From: an uncultured Bdellovibrio sp.
Lineage (GTDB): Bacteria > Bdellovibrionota > Bdellovibrionia > Bdellovibrionales > Bdellovibrionaceae
Length of the DNA: 64,000 nucleotides
Reading direction: 5' to 3'
Assembly: GCA_963932905.1 (NCBI GenBank)
Contig: CAWVRN010000011.1
Span: 53,187-117,186, forward strand
Within the stretch, counting starts at the first letter, position 1. Each line of letters opens with the position of its first letter. The translations under genes and the position numbers were made by a program. The notes under the pieces were generated by a model. The model saw only the letters and a list, made by a program, of their open reading frames with translations, was not told the origin of the DNA and ran no database searches. Positions 50,555 to 59,657 of this stretch are shown piece by piece.

Positions 50555-50751
50555 TTACTACCTTCCTAAGTCCATGAATTATGCGCATTATTCTAGTATG
50601 TCTAAAATCTCTACTTTTGCAATTAAACAATTACTTGAGAAAAATCAGAAAACCGCCGATAACCTATAAGGTAAGTAAACAATTACATAAATGGATGTGG
50701 CCGAAGTGCAAACGAAAGTACCTGTGACATCGGTAGAGAAAGAAGGATTTC

Positions 50752-51393
50752 ATGAAATCTCACAATGATGGTTCAGTGGTAGCCGGTGATTTTAACAATG
50801 ATTCACGGAAAAAGTTAATTGATACCGCCGTTGAGCTGTTTTCAAAAAAAGGTTTTCATGCTGTTTCGGTCAGGGAAATATGCAGCCAGGCTAAGCTGAA
50901 TATCAGTTTGATCTCTTACTATTTTTCAGGAAAAGAAGGCCTGCTTGTTGCGGCGCTTGAAGAGCTTTCGAAGGGGCAGCTTGAACGGGTCGAAGTGTTG
51001 CTTGGAAAATTTGAATCGCGTTTGGATTTTGAAGCACGCTTAAAAGGTTTTCTAAACGGCATGGTAAAACTATACTTAGATAATCCACTTCTGATCCGTC
51101 TGTTTTTAGAAGAACTTGAAAAACAGCAGGCCGGTGCCGAACGTGTTTTTTCACAGACGTTTTTTAAAACCTGGGAACTCTTTACTCAATTTATTAAACA
51201 GGGGCGTCAAGCTGGGTTTTTAAGAAGTTCGACAGAGAATGATCGCATCATTGCTATACAGCTTTTATCGCCGTTTCTAGGTTTGATGCGCACGTCCGTC
51301 AGTTCAAAAAAATTCTATCAGATTACGTTGGCAGACAAAGATTTTCGTGATGCTTTGATTGAACAGATCGTGCTTTCTGTGTTGGAAAAATAA
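50752..51393 (+). CDS. TetR-family regulator
   Basis: NISLISYYFSGKEGL. Confidence 0.88.
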   Translation: MKSHNDGSVVAGDFNNDSRKKLIDTAVELFSKKGFHAVSVREICSQAKLNISLISYYFSGKEGLLVAALEELSKGQLERVEVLLGKFESRLDFEARLKGFLNGMVKLYLDNPLLIRLFLEELEKQQAGAERVFSQTFFKTWELFTQFIKQGRQAGFLRSSTENDRIIAIQLLSPFLGLMRTSVSSKKFYQITLADKDFRDALIEQIVLSVLEK

Positions 51394-51494
51394 GAATTTT
51401 TTGATGTAGTCATATTATTTTTTTTAATGACATGGCGCTTAGATAGTCAAAATTCTGTACTTTTTGTTTTATATAAAAGTAAATTGTGTAAAGC

Positions 51495-53732
51495 ATGCGT
51501 TTGGCGTTACGATTTATTTTACCTTTGATAGTCATGTTCGGATTAGTCGGTTATGGCGTTCTGCCGATGGTTGATTCGTTGGCATTTAAATGGTTCACGC
51601 GCGACATGGATATACGTACAAAATTAATTGCAACAGCGATGCATGATTCGTTGGCTGAAGTGTTGGAACGTCCAGCACGTGTGCAGCAGTTGTTTAATCG
51701 AGCGGTTCAAGACGAACGTTTATCTGCCATCGGGTTTTGTGACGTTAATAATACTTTAATTCATAGGACAGGAACGTTTCCTGAGGGAATTGGTTGCGAT
51801 GTTTCGCCGGGTAGGGCGGAATCATCAAATCGTATCGTTGAGATACCTCAAGGTCCTTACCATCTAGCGTTCTATTCCGTTAACGATGGTTCAAGGGCAA
51901 TTGGCCAGTTAGTGTTAGTTCACGATTTGAGTTTTGTAGGACGTCGAAGTGCCTATATTAAAAACTACATAGTGTATTTCTTCTTGGCTTTGCTTGTGAT
52001 GATTTCACTCATTACTGTTTTGATCGCGCAATTGAGTTTTCGCGGTTGGGTAAAAAGTATGCGCGCTATTATAAGAAATGGCGAACCGGAAAATAGAAGA
52101 ACGGTAATGTCAGATGATCTGACGCCCATAGAAAACGATCTTAAGACTTTGATTCGTGATTTAGAAGCAGATCGGCGAGCTCGGGATGAAGGACAAGTTA
52201 GTTGGACGTCGTGGACGTTAAAAGAAATCCTACATCATGAACTCAAAGGGGATGAAGTTTTAACGGTTTCTAATCGTGAGCCGTATTTGCACGTTCGGCG
52301 CGGAAAAGATATAGATATTCAGTTTCCGGCCAGTGGCCTAGTTACAGCTTTGGAACCCGTGATGCGAGCCTGTTCTGGGACTTGGATTGCTCATGGCAGT
52401 AGTGATGCTGACAGGGATGTCGTGGATGAAAATGATCATGTAAAAGTTCCCCCCGAAGATCCATGTTACCAAATTCGTCGTGTTTGGCTGACTCAAGAAG
52501 AAGAGAAAGGATATTATTACGGATTTTCTAATGAAGGTATTTGGCCGCTTTGTCATATTGCTCACGTACGTCCAATTTTTAGATCTCAAGATTGGCAGCA
52601 GTACGTTGCGGTTAACGAAAAATTTGCGGATGCCGTGGTAGAAGAAGCTAAAACAGACAATCCGGTTGTCCTTGTTCAAGATTATCATTTGGCATTGCTG
52701 CCAAGAATGATCAAAGAGCGTCTGCCGAAAGCTACGATCATCACGTTCTGGCATATTCCGTTTCCTAACCCCGAAGTTTTCGGTGTATGTCCATGGCGTG
52801 AAGAAATTATCGACGGGCTATTGGGCAGCAGTATTTTAGGCTTCCATACTCGGTTTCACTGTCACAATTTTTTAGATGCTGTAAAAGACTTTATGGAAGC
52901 GCGAATTAACAAAGAAACATCCAGCGTTTCTTACCGTGGCAGCTTGACAGTCGTGAATAGTTATCCGATTTCGATTGAATTTCCTGTTAAATGGTTAAAA
53001 GAACAACGTTCCGTGGGTGAATGTCATCAACATATCAGAAGCCTGAATGGTTTACCTAAAGACTGCCTAGTAGGTGTAGGTGTCGATCGACTCGATTATA
53101 CCAAAGGTATTCTTGAACGGTTTCGAGCTATTGAACGATTTTTGGAAATAGAGCCGAAATGGAAAGGAAAATTTGTTTTTATTCAGGTTGCCGAGATATC
53201 ACGAGCCTACATCGATCAATATCAGTATTTCGAAAAAGAAGTGAAAGAGTTGACAGAAAAAATTAATAAACGATTTGGAAATGGAACGTACCAGCCGATT
53301 AGATTATTAATAGGGCATCATGAGCCGATGCAGGTCTATGAGTACTATCGTGGAGCTAATTTGTGTTTCGTAAGCAGTCTTCATGACGGGATGAATTTGG
53401 TAGCCAAAGAATTTGTAGCTGCCCGAACTGATGAACACGGAGTTCTGATTTTGAGTCAGTTTACTGGGGCATCTAGGGAATTGCACGAAGCATTGATTGT
53501 CAATCCGTATAATATTGATCAATGTGCGTCGGCTTTAAAAGTGGCATTGGAGATGCCGTTCAATGAACAAAGAAATCGCATGCGTAGTATGCGCAATTAT
53601 ATCCAAGAATTTAACGTTTATCGTTGGGCAGGCCGAATGTTACTGGATGCTTCGAAGATCCGTCAAAGAACTCGCTTGCTGGCACGCCAGCATTATAACC
53701 AAAACCCCGAACCTCCGGAGTTGTCACTATGA
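51495..53732 (+). CDS. otsA: Trehalose-6-phosphate synthase with N-terminal 2-TM extracytoplasmic domain
   Basis: VSNREP, SGLVTAL, QDYHLALLP, FWHIPFP, GVDRLDYTKG, DGMNLVAKEF. Confidence 0.92.
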   Translation: MRLALRFILPLIVMFGLVGYGVLPMVDSLAFKWFTRDMDIRTKLIATAMHDSLAEVLERPARVQQLFNRAVQDERLSAIGFCDVNNTLIHRTGTFPEGIGCDVSPGRAESSNRIVEIPQGPYHLAFYSVNDGSRAIGQLVLVHDLSFVGRRSAYIKNYIVYFFLALLVMISLITVLIAQLSFRGWVKSMRAIIRNGEPENRRTVMSDDLTPIENDLKTLIRDLEADRRARDEGQVSWTSWTLKEILHHELKGDEVLTVSNREPYLHVRRGKDIDIQFPASGLVTALEPVMRACSGTWIAHGSSDADRDVVDENDHVKVPPEDPCYQIRRVWLTQEEEKGYYYGFSNEGIWPLCHIAHVRPIFRSQDWQQYVAVNEKFADAVVEEAKTDNPVVLVQDYHLALLPRMIKERLPKATIITFWHIPFPNPEVFGVCPWREEIIDGLLGSSILGFHTRFHCHNFLDAVKDFMEARINKETSSVSYRGSLTVVNSYPISIEFPVKWLKEQRSVGECHQHIRSLNGLPKDCLVGVGVDRLDYTKGILERFRAIERFLEIEPKWKGKFVFIQVAEISRAYIDQYQYFEKEVKELTEKINKRFGNGTYQPIRLLIGHHEPMQVYEYYRGANLCFVSSLHDGMNLVAKEFVAARTDEHGVLILSQFTGASRELHEALIVNPYNIDQCASALKVALEMPFNEQRNRMRSMRNYIQEFNVYRWAGRMLLDASKIRQRTRLLARQHYNQNPEPPELSL

Positions 53733-54502
53733 TGCCACTATTTTCCAAAAGTAGCATGATTGTTCTAGAGTCATTGTCGTTTACGAAAACATTATACGCA
53801 TTTGATTTTGATGGAACCTTAGCGAAGATCGTTTCAGCGCCATCTGACGCCTATATGACTAAGACGACGGAATCTTTGCTTCGAGAATTATCGAAACTAG
53901 TTCCTGTTGCTATTGTCAGTGGTCGTGCTTTAGATGATTTAAAAAAACGCGTCGGTTTTAAACCACAATTTTTAATTGGCAATCATAATTTAGAAATTTC
54001 AGGCGAAGAAAAAAAATCAATTAGGGCAGCTATGGATACATGTCAAAGGTGGCTGGAAGTATTGCATAGTTATGATTTTGGCCCGGGTGTTGAAATTGAA
54101 GAAAAAATTCATTCCCTAGCAATTCATTATCGACGTTCACGAGGAAAAAAAGAAGCCGTTAGTAAAATCAAAGAAGCTATTGGTCACCTGTCACCGAATG
54201 CCAGAGTCATTTTCGGTAAATCGGTAGTGAATTTAATTCCGTTAGGGGCGCCTCATAAAGGAACAGCCATTTTAGATTTGATTAAACGGTCTATGGTTAA
54301 GCACATTTTCTACATTGGTGATGATGAATCTGACGAAGATATTTTTAGTTTGGACTACACGGCTGGGCAAATAATGACTGTGCGTGTAGGGCAGAAGAGG
54401 TCCTCGCAAGCGAAGTATTACATTAAACATCAATCAGAAATTAATCACGTGTTGAAAACAATAATTCGGTTTCATCGACCTATATTAGAGGCAAGCCGAT
54501 GA
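53729..54502 (+). CDS. otsB: Trehalose-6-phosphate phosphatase
   Basis: DFDGTL, SGR, HKG, GDDESDED. Confidence 0.9.
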   Translation: MMPLFSKSSMIVLESLSFTKTLYAFDFDGTLAKIVSAPSDAYMTKTTESLLRELSKLVPVAIVSGRALDDLKKRVGFKPQFLIGNHNLEISGEEKKSIRAAMDTCQRWLEVLHSYDFGPGVEIEEKIHSLAIHYRRSRGKKEAVSKIKEAIGHLSPNARVIFGKSVVNLIPLGAPHKGTAILDLIKRSMVKHIFYIGDDESDEDIFSLDYTAGQIMTVRVGQKRSSQAKYYIKHQSEINHVLKTIIRFHRPILEASR

Positions 54503-54939
54503 GTGATTCAGAACTATTATCTTTATTCAAGATAAGTCTCTCTATTCATAACTATAACAAAATTTCTGAACGTGAAACGGGACTAAGTTTGGTACAATGG
54601 TGTTTGTTGAGTAAATTAATGGATATGCCAGCAGCGTCTGCTCTAGCGTTAGCAAAAGGGGTAGGAGTTCATCCCAGTACGTTAACTCAAAGTTTGAAAC
54701 GGTTAGAAAAGAAAGGTTTTGTTTTTGTGACCGATGATCCGCGTGATTCCCGTCGCAAAATGATTTCGTTGACTCGTAATGGACAAGCTGCGCTACTTAC
54801 AGCTCAAGAAAAGATGGAAATTTGGAAAAATAAATTTTCCCCTGTCAAAAATGAACTGGCCCATATTCAAAATCATTTGGCTAATCATATCGGTACTCAT
54901 ATGAATACCGATGATTCTGCGATGGTTGCAGACAATTAA
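54499..54939 (+). CDS. MarR-family regulator
   Basis: STLTQSLKRLEKKG, D.RDSRR. Confidence 0.85.
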   Translation: MSDSELLSLFKISLSIHNYNKISERETGLSLVQWCLLSKLMDMPAASALALAKGVGVHPSTLTQSLKRLEKKGFVFVTDDPRDSRRKMISLTRNGQAALLTAQEKMEIWKNKFSPVKNELAHIQNHLANHIGTHMNTDDSAMVADN

Positions 54940-57128
54940 GGTTGTTTGAGGATCGCATCTTCCCATTTCATCAGCATGGCTTCAAGGACTTCTAGTGAAA
55001 CCGGTTTCAATAAGAAATCGTCCATCAGATCCTTGAATTGGCTTTTTTGTTCGTCTTGAATTACTGTGGCAGTAAAAGCGATAATTGGGATACGATGGTT
55101 TTTGCCGGCTTCACGCCTTCTAATTTCGGTGCAGGCTTGCGCGCCATCCATGACAGGCATATGTTGATCCATCAAAATCAGGTCATATTTAGATTCTGAA
55201 TAGAGTTTAATTGCGTCTTCGCCGTTTTCCGCCAGTGTGGCTGAATAGCCCAAAATACCCATCATGTTCATGATGATCAACTGATTCATCCGGTTGTCTT
55301 CAGCAATCAAGATACGAATATTTTTTCTGTACTCTATCTGTTGTTGTCCGGTATTGGCCTTCGAAAGGCCTTCCTTCGGTTTGGGAATGGCATAACCATT
55401 TAAAGATTTCAGTTCTGATACTTCCAGGTCTAAAATAACCCAAAACATCGAACCTTTCCCGAGTTCTGTATCGACACCGATCTGACCCTTCATGACTTCA
55501 GTGAAACGTTTGCAAATAGATAATCCAAGCCCCGTGCCGCCAAATCTACGTGCTGTCGAGCTGTCTGCTTGGACGAATGGCTGAAAAAGGCTATTGATTT
55601 GGTTGGGATCAATTCCGATCCCAGTGTCTTTAACGCTGATTTTAACTTTGCAATGAGTCGGTGTGCGTTCCAATTGTTTCGCCGCAATGACGATGTGGCC
55701 TTTTTTAGTGAACTTGATCGCGTTGTTAATGAAGTTCGATAAAATTTGACTAATTTTCGTTGAATCTCCACGCAATACTGGTGGGATGTTGGAATCAATC
55801 TGAGTTTCTAAGTGAATGTCATTTTTGAGTGCAAGAACCCCTGCCATACTAATATGTTCTTCAATCAAGTGCCCAAGTTCGAAGTCAACTATTTCCATAT
55901 GAACTTGTCCGGCTTCAATTTTAGAAAAATCCAAGATTTCATTTACGATTCTAAGCAGGCTTGTAGACGATGTTTTGATGGCATCAACAAACTTTCTCTG
56001 TTCGGCATTTAAACTTGTCCGCGCTAAAATATCAGTCATCCCAACAACTCCGTTGAGCGGAGTTCTGATTTCATGGCTCATGTTTGCAAGGAAAGAACTT
56101 TTCGCAATAGTGGCTTTTTGTGCCGACTCTCGGGCTTCAAGGAGGTCCGATTCATATTGTTTTTGATTAGTTACATCACGAGCCACGGCGTACATCAGGT
56201 TTCCGACAGGTACTGATTTCCATGAAAAAATGCGATAGTCACCATTTTTACAGCGAAATCGATTTTCAAATGCTAAAACTTTGTTCCCGTTCATTTGCTT
56301 GACGATTTCTTGGCTTGTCTTCTCAACATCGTCAGGATGAATCAAGTTTAAGATTGGAGTCGTATAAAGTTCCTGCAGTGAATAACCCAATACTTCAGCA
56401 AACGACGGACTTAGTCGTTTGAAAAAACCATCCATTCCCGAAATGCATAATAAATCTAAAGACAGTGTAAAGAAGCGATCTACGTTGTCTTCAGCCAGTT
56501 CGCGGCGACGACTGTCGCGGTATACAAGGAACGCGGCTAGAACAATCAGAATGCACGCCAGAATACCAGATATACCGACCACCAATTGCGTTTTTCGTGC
56601 TTGATTGAAGGTAGATTCAATCCGTTGAGCAAGAAGACGATTTTCTTCGTCAATCAAGGCATCAATAGTAGAGTGAAAGGCCTCGTCAAGCGCTTTTACT
56701 TCATGAGAGCGTGCTAAATTTCGGATGACATCAAACCCAAGTTTTTTGCGTAAGCCGAAAGATTTTTCCCAGTTGGTCATTTTTTCCTGGATCGTCGGAG
56801 CCAATTTGTCTATGTTTTTCTGCTGGTTGGGATTGTCTTTAGTCAGTATTCGCAGATGACCGACCCCATTTTTCAAGGCTTTTTTGGCTGAATTGTATTT
56901 GTCTAAGTAGTACTGTTGTTCACTAATGTGATAACCACGTATATTATTTTGAGCGGTTACATAGGCTGTTGATAGTTTCTCAATCTCCGAACGAACCTCT
57001 AGAGTGTGGGTTGTCCAGCGACTGTCGTCTATAAATTCTGATGTATTGATATTAGAACTGATGGTCGCGTACCCGACAACTAAACAAGCCAGGGCAAAAC
57101 CAGTATTTATTTTTAATCGTGTAGTCAT
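54936..57128 (-). CDS. CHASE3-PAS hybrid histidine kinase
   Basis: HTLEV..RGY..DNPNQQ CHASE3, PAS, MSHEIRTPL, REC. Confidence 0.92.
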   Translation of the reverse strand: MTTRLKINTGFALACLVVGYATISSNINTSEFIDDSRWTTHTLEVRSEIEKLSTAYVTAQNNIRGYHISEQQYYLDKYNSAKKALKNGVGHLRILTKDNPNQQKNIDKLAPTIQEKMTNWEKSFGLRKKLGFDVIRNLARSHEVKALDEAFHSTIDALIDEENRLLAQRIESTFNQARKTQLVVGISGILACILIVLAAFLVYRDSRRRELAEDNVDRFFTLSLDLLCISGMDGFFKRLSPSFAEVLGYSLQELYTTPILNLIHPDDVEKTSQEIVKQMNGNKVLAFENRFRCKNGDYRIFSWKSVPVGNLMYAVARDVTNQKQYESDLLEARESAQKATIAKSSFLANMSHEIRTPLNGVVGMTDILARTSLNAEQRKFVDAIKTSSTSLLRIVNEILDFSKIEAGQVHMEIVDFELGHLIEEHISMAGVLALKNDIHLETQIDSNIPPVLRGDSTKISQILSNFINNAIKFTKKGHIVIAAKQLERTPTHCKVKISVKDTGIGIDPNQINSLFQPFVQADSSTARRFGGTGLGLSICKRFTEVMKGQIGVDTELGKGSMFWVILDLEVSELKSLNGYAIPKPKEGLSKANTGQQQIEYRKNIRILIAEDNRMNQLIIMNMMGILGYSATLAENGEDAIKLYSESKYDLILMDQHMPVMDGAQACTEIRRREAGKNHRIPIIAFTATVIQDEQKSQFKDLMDDFLLKPVSLEVLEAMLMKWEDAILKQP

Positions 57129-57302
57129 GAGTATTTAACACTAGAAAAGTAATCTCTTTTGATCAAACTGTTTCAAAGCGATTTTATGTGTCAATAAACT
57201 AAATTGATTCTAACTGGTGTCATTAAATTGCCCGTGAGCGGGAAAATTGCCCCAAAAGTAAATTTTTTTGCCGTGCCGTTTCGTTTTCATATCAGTGTTT
57301 AA

Positions 57303-57318
57303 CGGCACCTTTCTTGCT
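57303..57318 (+). promoter_or_regulatory. Sigma-54 promoter
   Basis: CGGCACCTTTCTTGCT; box GCGGGAAAATTGCCCCA at 57238-57254. Confidence 0.75.
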
Positions 57319-57372
57319 CCGTAGCTTCGCGTACTAAGTAAAGAAACTAATAAAACATCTTATGGAGGATTC

Positions 57373-58005
57373 ATGAAGAAATCAAAATCATCACCAATGA
57401 AAAAGAAAACGGCTGCAGCAAAAAAGCCTGGCGTTGTTAAAAAGGTGTTGGCTAAACCTAAAAGAATGGCCCAAGAAAAAAGCAATACGGAGTCAGCACC
57501 GGTAGAAGGCCGACATCATGGTATCGTCCAAATGATTTTGGATGACCATAAGCCATTAAAACGTTGTATTGGAATTCTTAAAAATTCAGAACTAAGCTTA
57601 AGCTCTCGTCGTGCGGCATTTAATGAATTCGCACCCCTATTAACAATTCACGCAAAAGCCGAAGAAGCGGTTCTTTATACCTATGAAAAAACCGAAGTGG
57701 ATATGCGTGAGAATGCATTCGAAGGTGACGTTGAACATGCATTAGCTGACCAATTGGTAGAGGAAGTAAAACAATCAGTTGATAAAGATATTTGGTCAGC
57801 CAAAGCTAAGGTATTGGCTGAGCTAGTTGAACATCACATCAAAGAAGAGGAAACGGAAATGTTTCCTGAATTGAAAAAGGAAGCGGATGTTAGTGATTTG
57901 ATCCGTTTAGGCGAAGAGTATCAAATCAAAAAGGATGAAATCAAAGTCGGGATACTTCATCCGACGGTTCAAAAGCAACACCCAGTAATGTCAATCAGAC
58001 ATTGA
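57373..58005 (+). CDS. Hemerythrin (HHE) domain protein with Lys-rich N-terminal tail
   Basis: DH, HAKAEE, EH, HHIKEEE..FP. Confidence 0.88.
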   Translation: MKKSKSSPMKKKTAAAKKPGVVKKVLAKPKRMAQEKSNTESAPVEGRHHGIVQMILDDHKPLKRCIGILKNSELSLSSRRAAFNEFAPLLTIHAKAEEAVLYTYEKTEVDMRENAFEGDVEHALADQLVEEVKQSVDKDIWSAKAKVLAELVEHHIKEEETEMFPELKKEADVSDLIRLGEEYQIKKDEIKVGILHPTVQKQHPVMSIRH

Positions 58006-58020
58006 TTTTGAATATAGTCT

Positions 58021-58062
58021 AAACAGCATGGTAGAATCGCAAATGTTCTGCCGTGCTGTTTT
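58021..58062. terminator. Hairpin between convergent genes
   Basis: AAACAGCATGGTAGAA...TTCTGCCGTGCTGTTT. Confidence 0.65.
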
Positions 58063-58073
58063 ACTTCGGGTAT

Positions 58074-58523
58074 TTATTTTTTCCCAGCGTACGCTCTTTT
58101 TAGTTTAGCGATATCTAGCTTTCTCATTTTTAGCATCGCATTCATCGCGCGCTGAGATTTTTCACGGTCTTTGTTGTCAAATAAATCGTCCAAAACCGTG
58201 GGAACAATTTGCCATGAAAATCCGTACTTGTCTTTCAGCCAACCACATTGGCCTTTATGGCCACCTTTAGATAAAGCATTCCAGAAGTAGTCAACTTCAC
58301 GTTGTGTTTCGCAAAAGACAACGGTCGATGTGGCATACGTCGGTTTCATTTTCGGGCCATTTAGGGCAATAAACGGGTTTCCATTTAAAAGAAAAGTAGA
58401 GGCGGTAGGATTTGAACTGGTAATTTTGGAATTCTTCTTAAAAATGGATACGTAATATTTGGCAGCTTCATTAGCTTTGCCGTTGAATAAAAGACAGGTT
58501 TGGAATCTATTTGTTTTAATCAT
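58074..58523 (-). CDS. VOC/PhnB-like protein
   Basis: ALNGP, QCGWLKDKYGFSWQIVP. Confidence 0.88.
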   Translation of the reverse strand: MIKTNRFQTCLLFNGKANEAAKYYVSIFKKNSKITSSNPTASTFLLNGNPFIALNGPKMKPTYATSTVVFCETQREVDYFWNALSKGGHKGQCGWLKDKYGFSWQIVPTVLDDLFDNKDREKSQRAMNAMLKMRKLDIAKLKRAYAGKK

Positions 58524-58647
58524 AGTTTTTAAATTCTACGAGTTAGTTATTCTTAAGGTCAAACGGTCAAACGGTCAATTGGTCTTTTGCTTGCTAGGTC
58601 ATAGTGCGGAAAGCTGTGAAATGATGTCGATTAAACCCATGTTTTAG

Positions 58648-59484
58648 TTATTGTTTTTCTTGAATGCAGCGCCATTTTTCGCTTTCGAATTTCCCATCGC
58701 GAATATCTGTTAAGTTGATGCAGGTTTCACTGATGTCGCTTTCTCTGCGATTGAAATAAGTAGCTTTATAGACGACATTGTTTTTAATTGTTTTCGTGTC
58801 TGGGTTCCAACCAATGGCTTTTAAATACTCTGCACGGTTTTTGAAAAATTTTTTCCATTCGCTATAGCGGAAACTACGATTTGGATCAATCGCCAATTTA
58901 GGAGTTTTTCCTTCTAACGTAAACGTTTGAACGGCTTTTAAATCTTCGTCACCTGCAAGCATTTTCTTTCCAGATGGCGAAGTGGTTTCTACTTGTCCGA
59001 CATCGCTGCGCGGAACGACAGTCGAAAATGCAAAACCATCTTTGATTGCGAAACTGTTCGCGATCGCACCAAGTTCCTGCTTTTGAATAATTTTATCCGC
59101 CTTAGCGTCCCATACGATCACTTGGTGTAGTGAGTGAAATGGTCGATTGTCTTTTGAATAAATAATCGCCAATACATCTTTCGACAAAGCAAATGCTTGA
59201 GTCGCTTCGCAAAACTTATTATCTTTAGGGTTCGTGAAACTATAGTCGCCTGCGCCTTTGGGGTCAGATTCTATATCGTGAGAGAGTTTGCTTTTTAGGT
59301 ACACTAGTGGCGCGCCAAAGTAATCATTCATTGTAGGATCTAATTTTTTATCGAAACGTAATAAAAATTGCGCTTTGTGTGGACCAATTTTGCAATTGGT
59401 TTCTTTGAATGGAACAGATTCTTCTAAAGTCATTCCCAGCGTTGAGAATGTGAATAATGAAACAAGTGAAATTAGAAAGTTCAT
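58648..59484 (-). CDS. Secreted hypothetical protein
   Basis: Signal peptide; 278 aa. Confidence 0.7.
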   Translation of the reverse strand: MNFLISLVSLFTFSTLGMTLEESVPFKETNCKIGPHKAQFLLRFDKKLDPTMNDYFGAPLVYLKSKLSHDIESDPKGAGDYSFTNPKDNKFCEATQAFALSKDVLAIIYSKDNRPFHSLHQVIVWDAKADKIIQKQELGAIANSFAIKDGFAFSTVVPRSDVGQVETTSPSGKKMLAGDEDLKAVQTFTLEGKTPKLAIDPNRSFRYSEWKKFFKNRAEYLKAIGWNPDTKTIKNNVVYKATYFNRRESDISETCINLTDIRDGKFESEKWRCIQEKQ

Positions 59485-59657
59485 AAGACAGCTCCAATGT
59501 GTAACACATCTAAAACTATCTCGACTTTTTTTATTTAGGAAGAACTATTTAAGGTAGTTAGATTCACAGCCGCCATAACCTTGCCTATGAAACTAGTGCA
59601 GTAGTCATCGAGGATCAAGAAGTTTACTTAAAATGGGGCGATACGCCTCTGTGAGTT

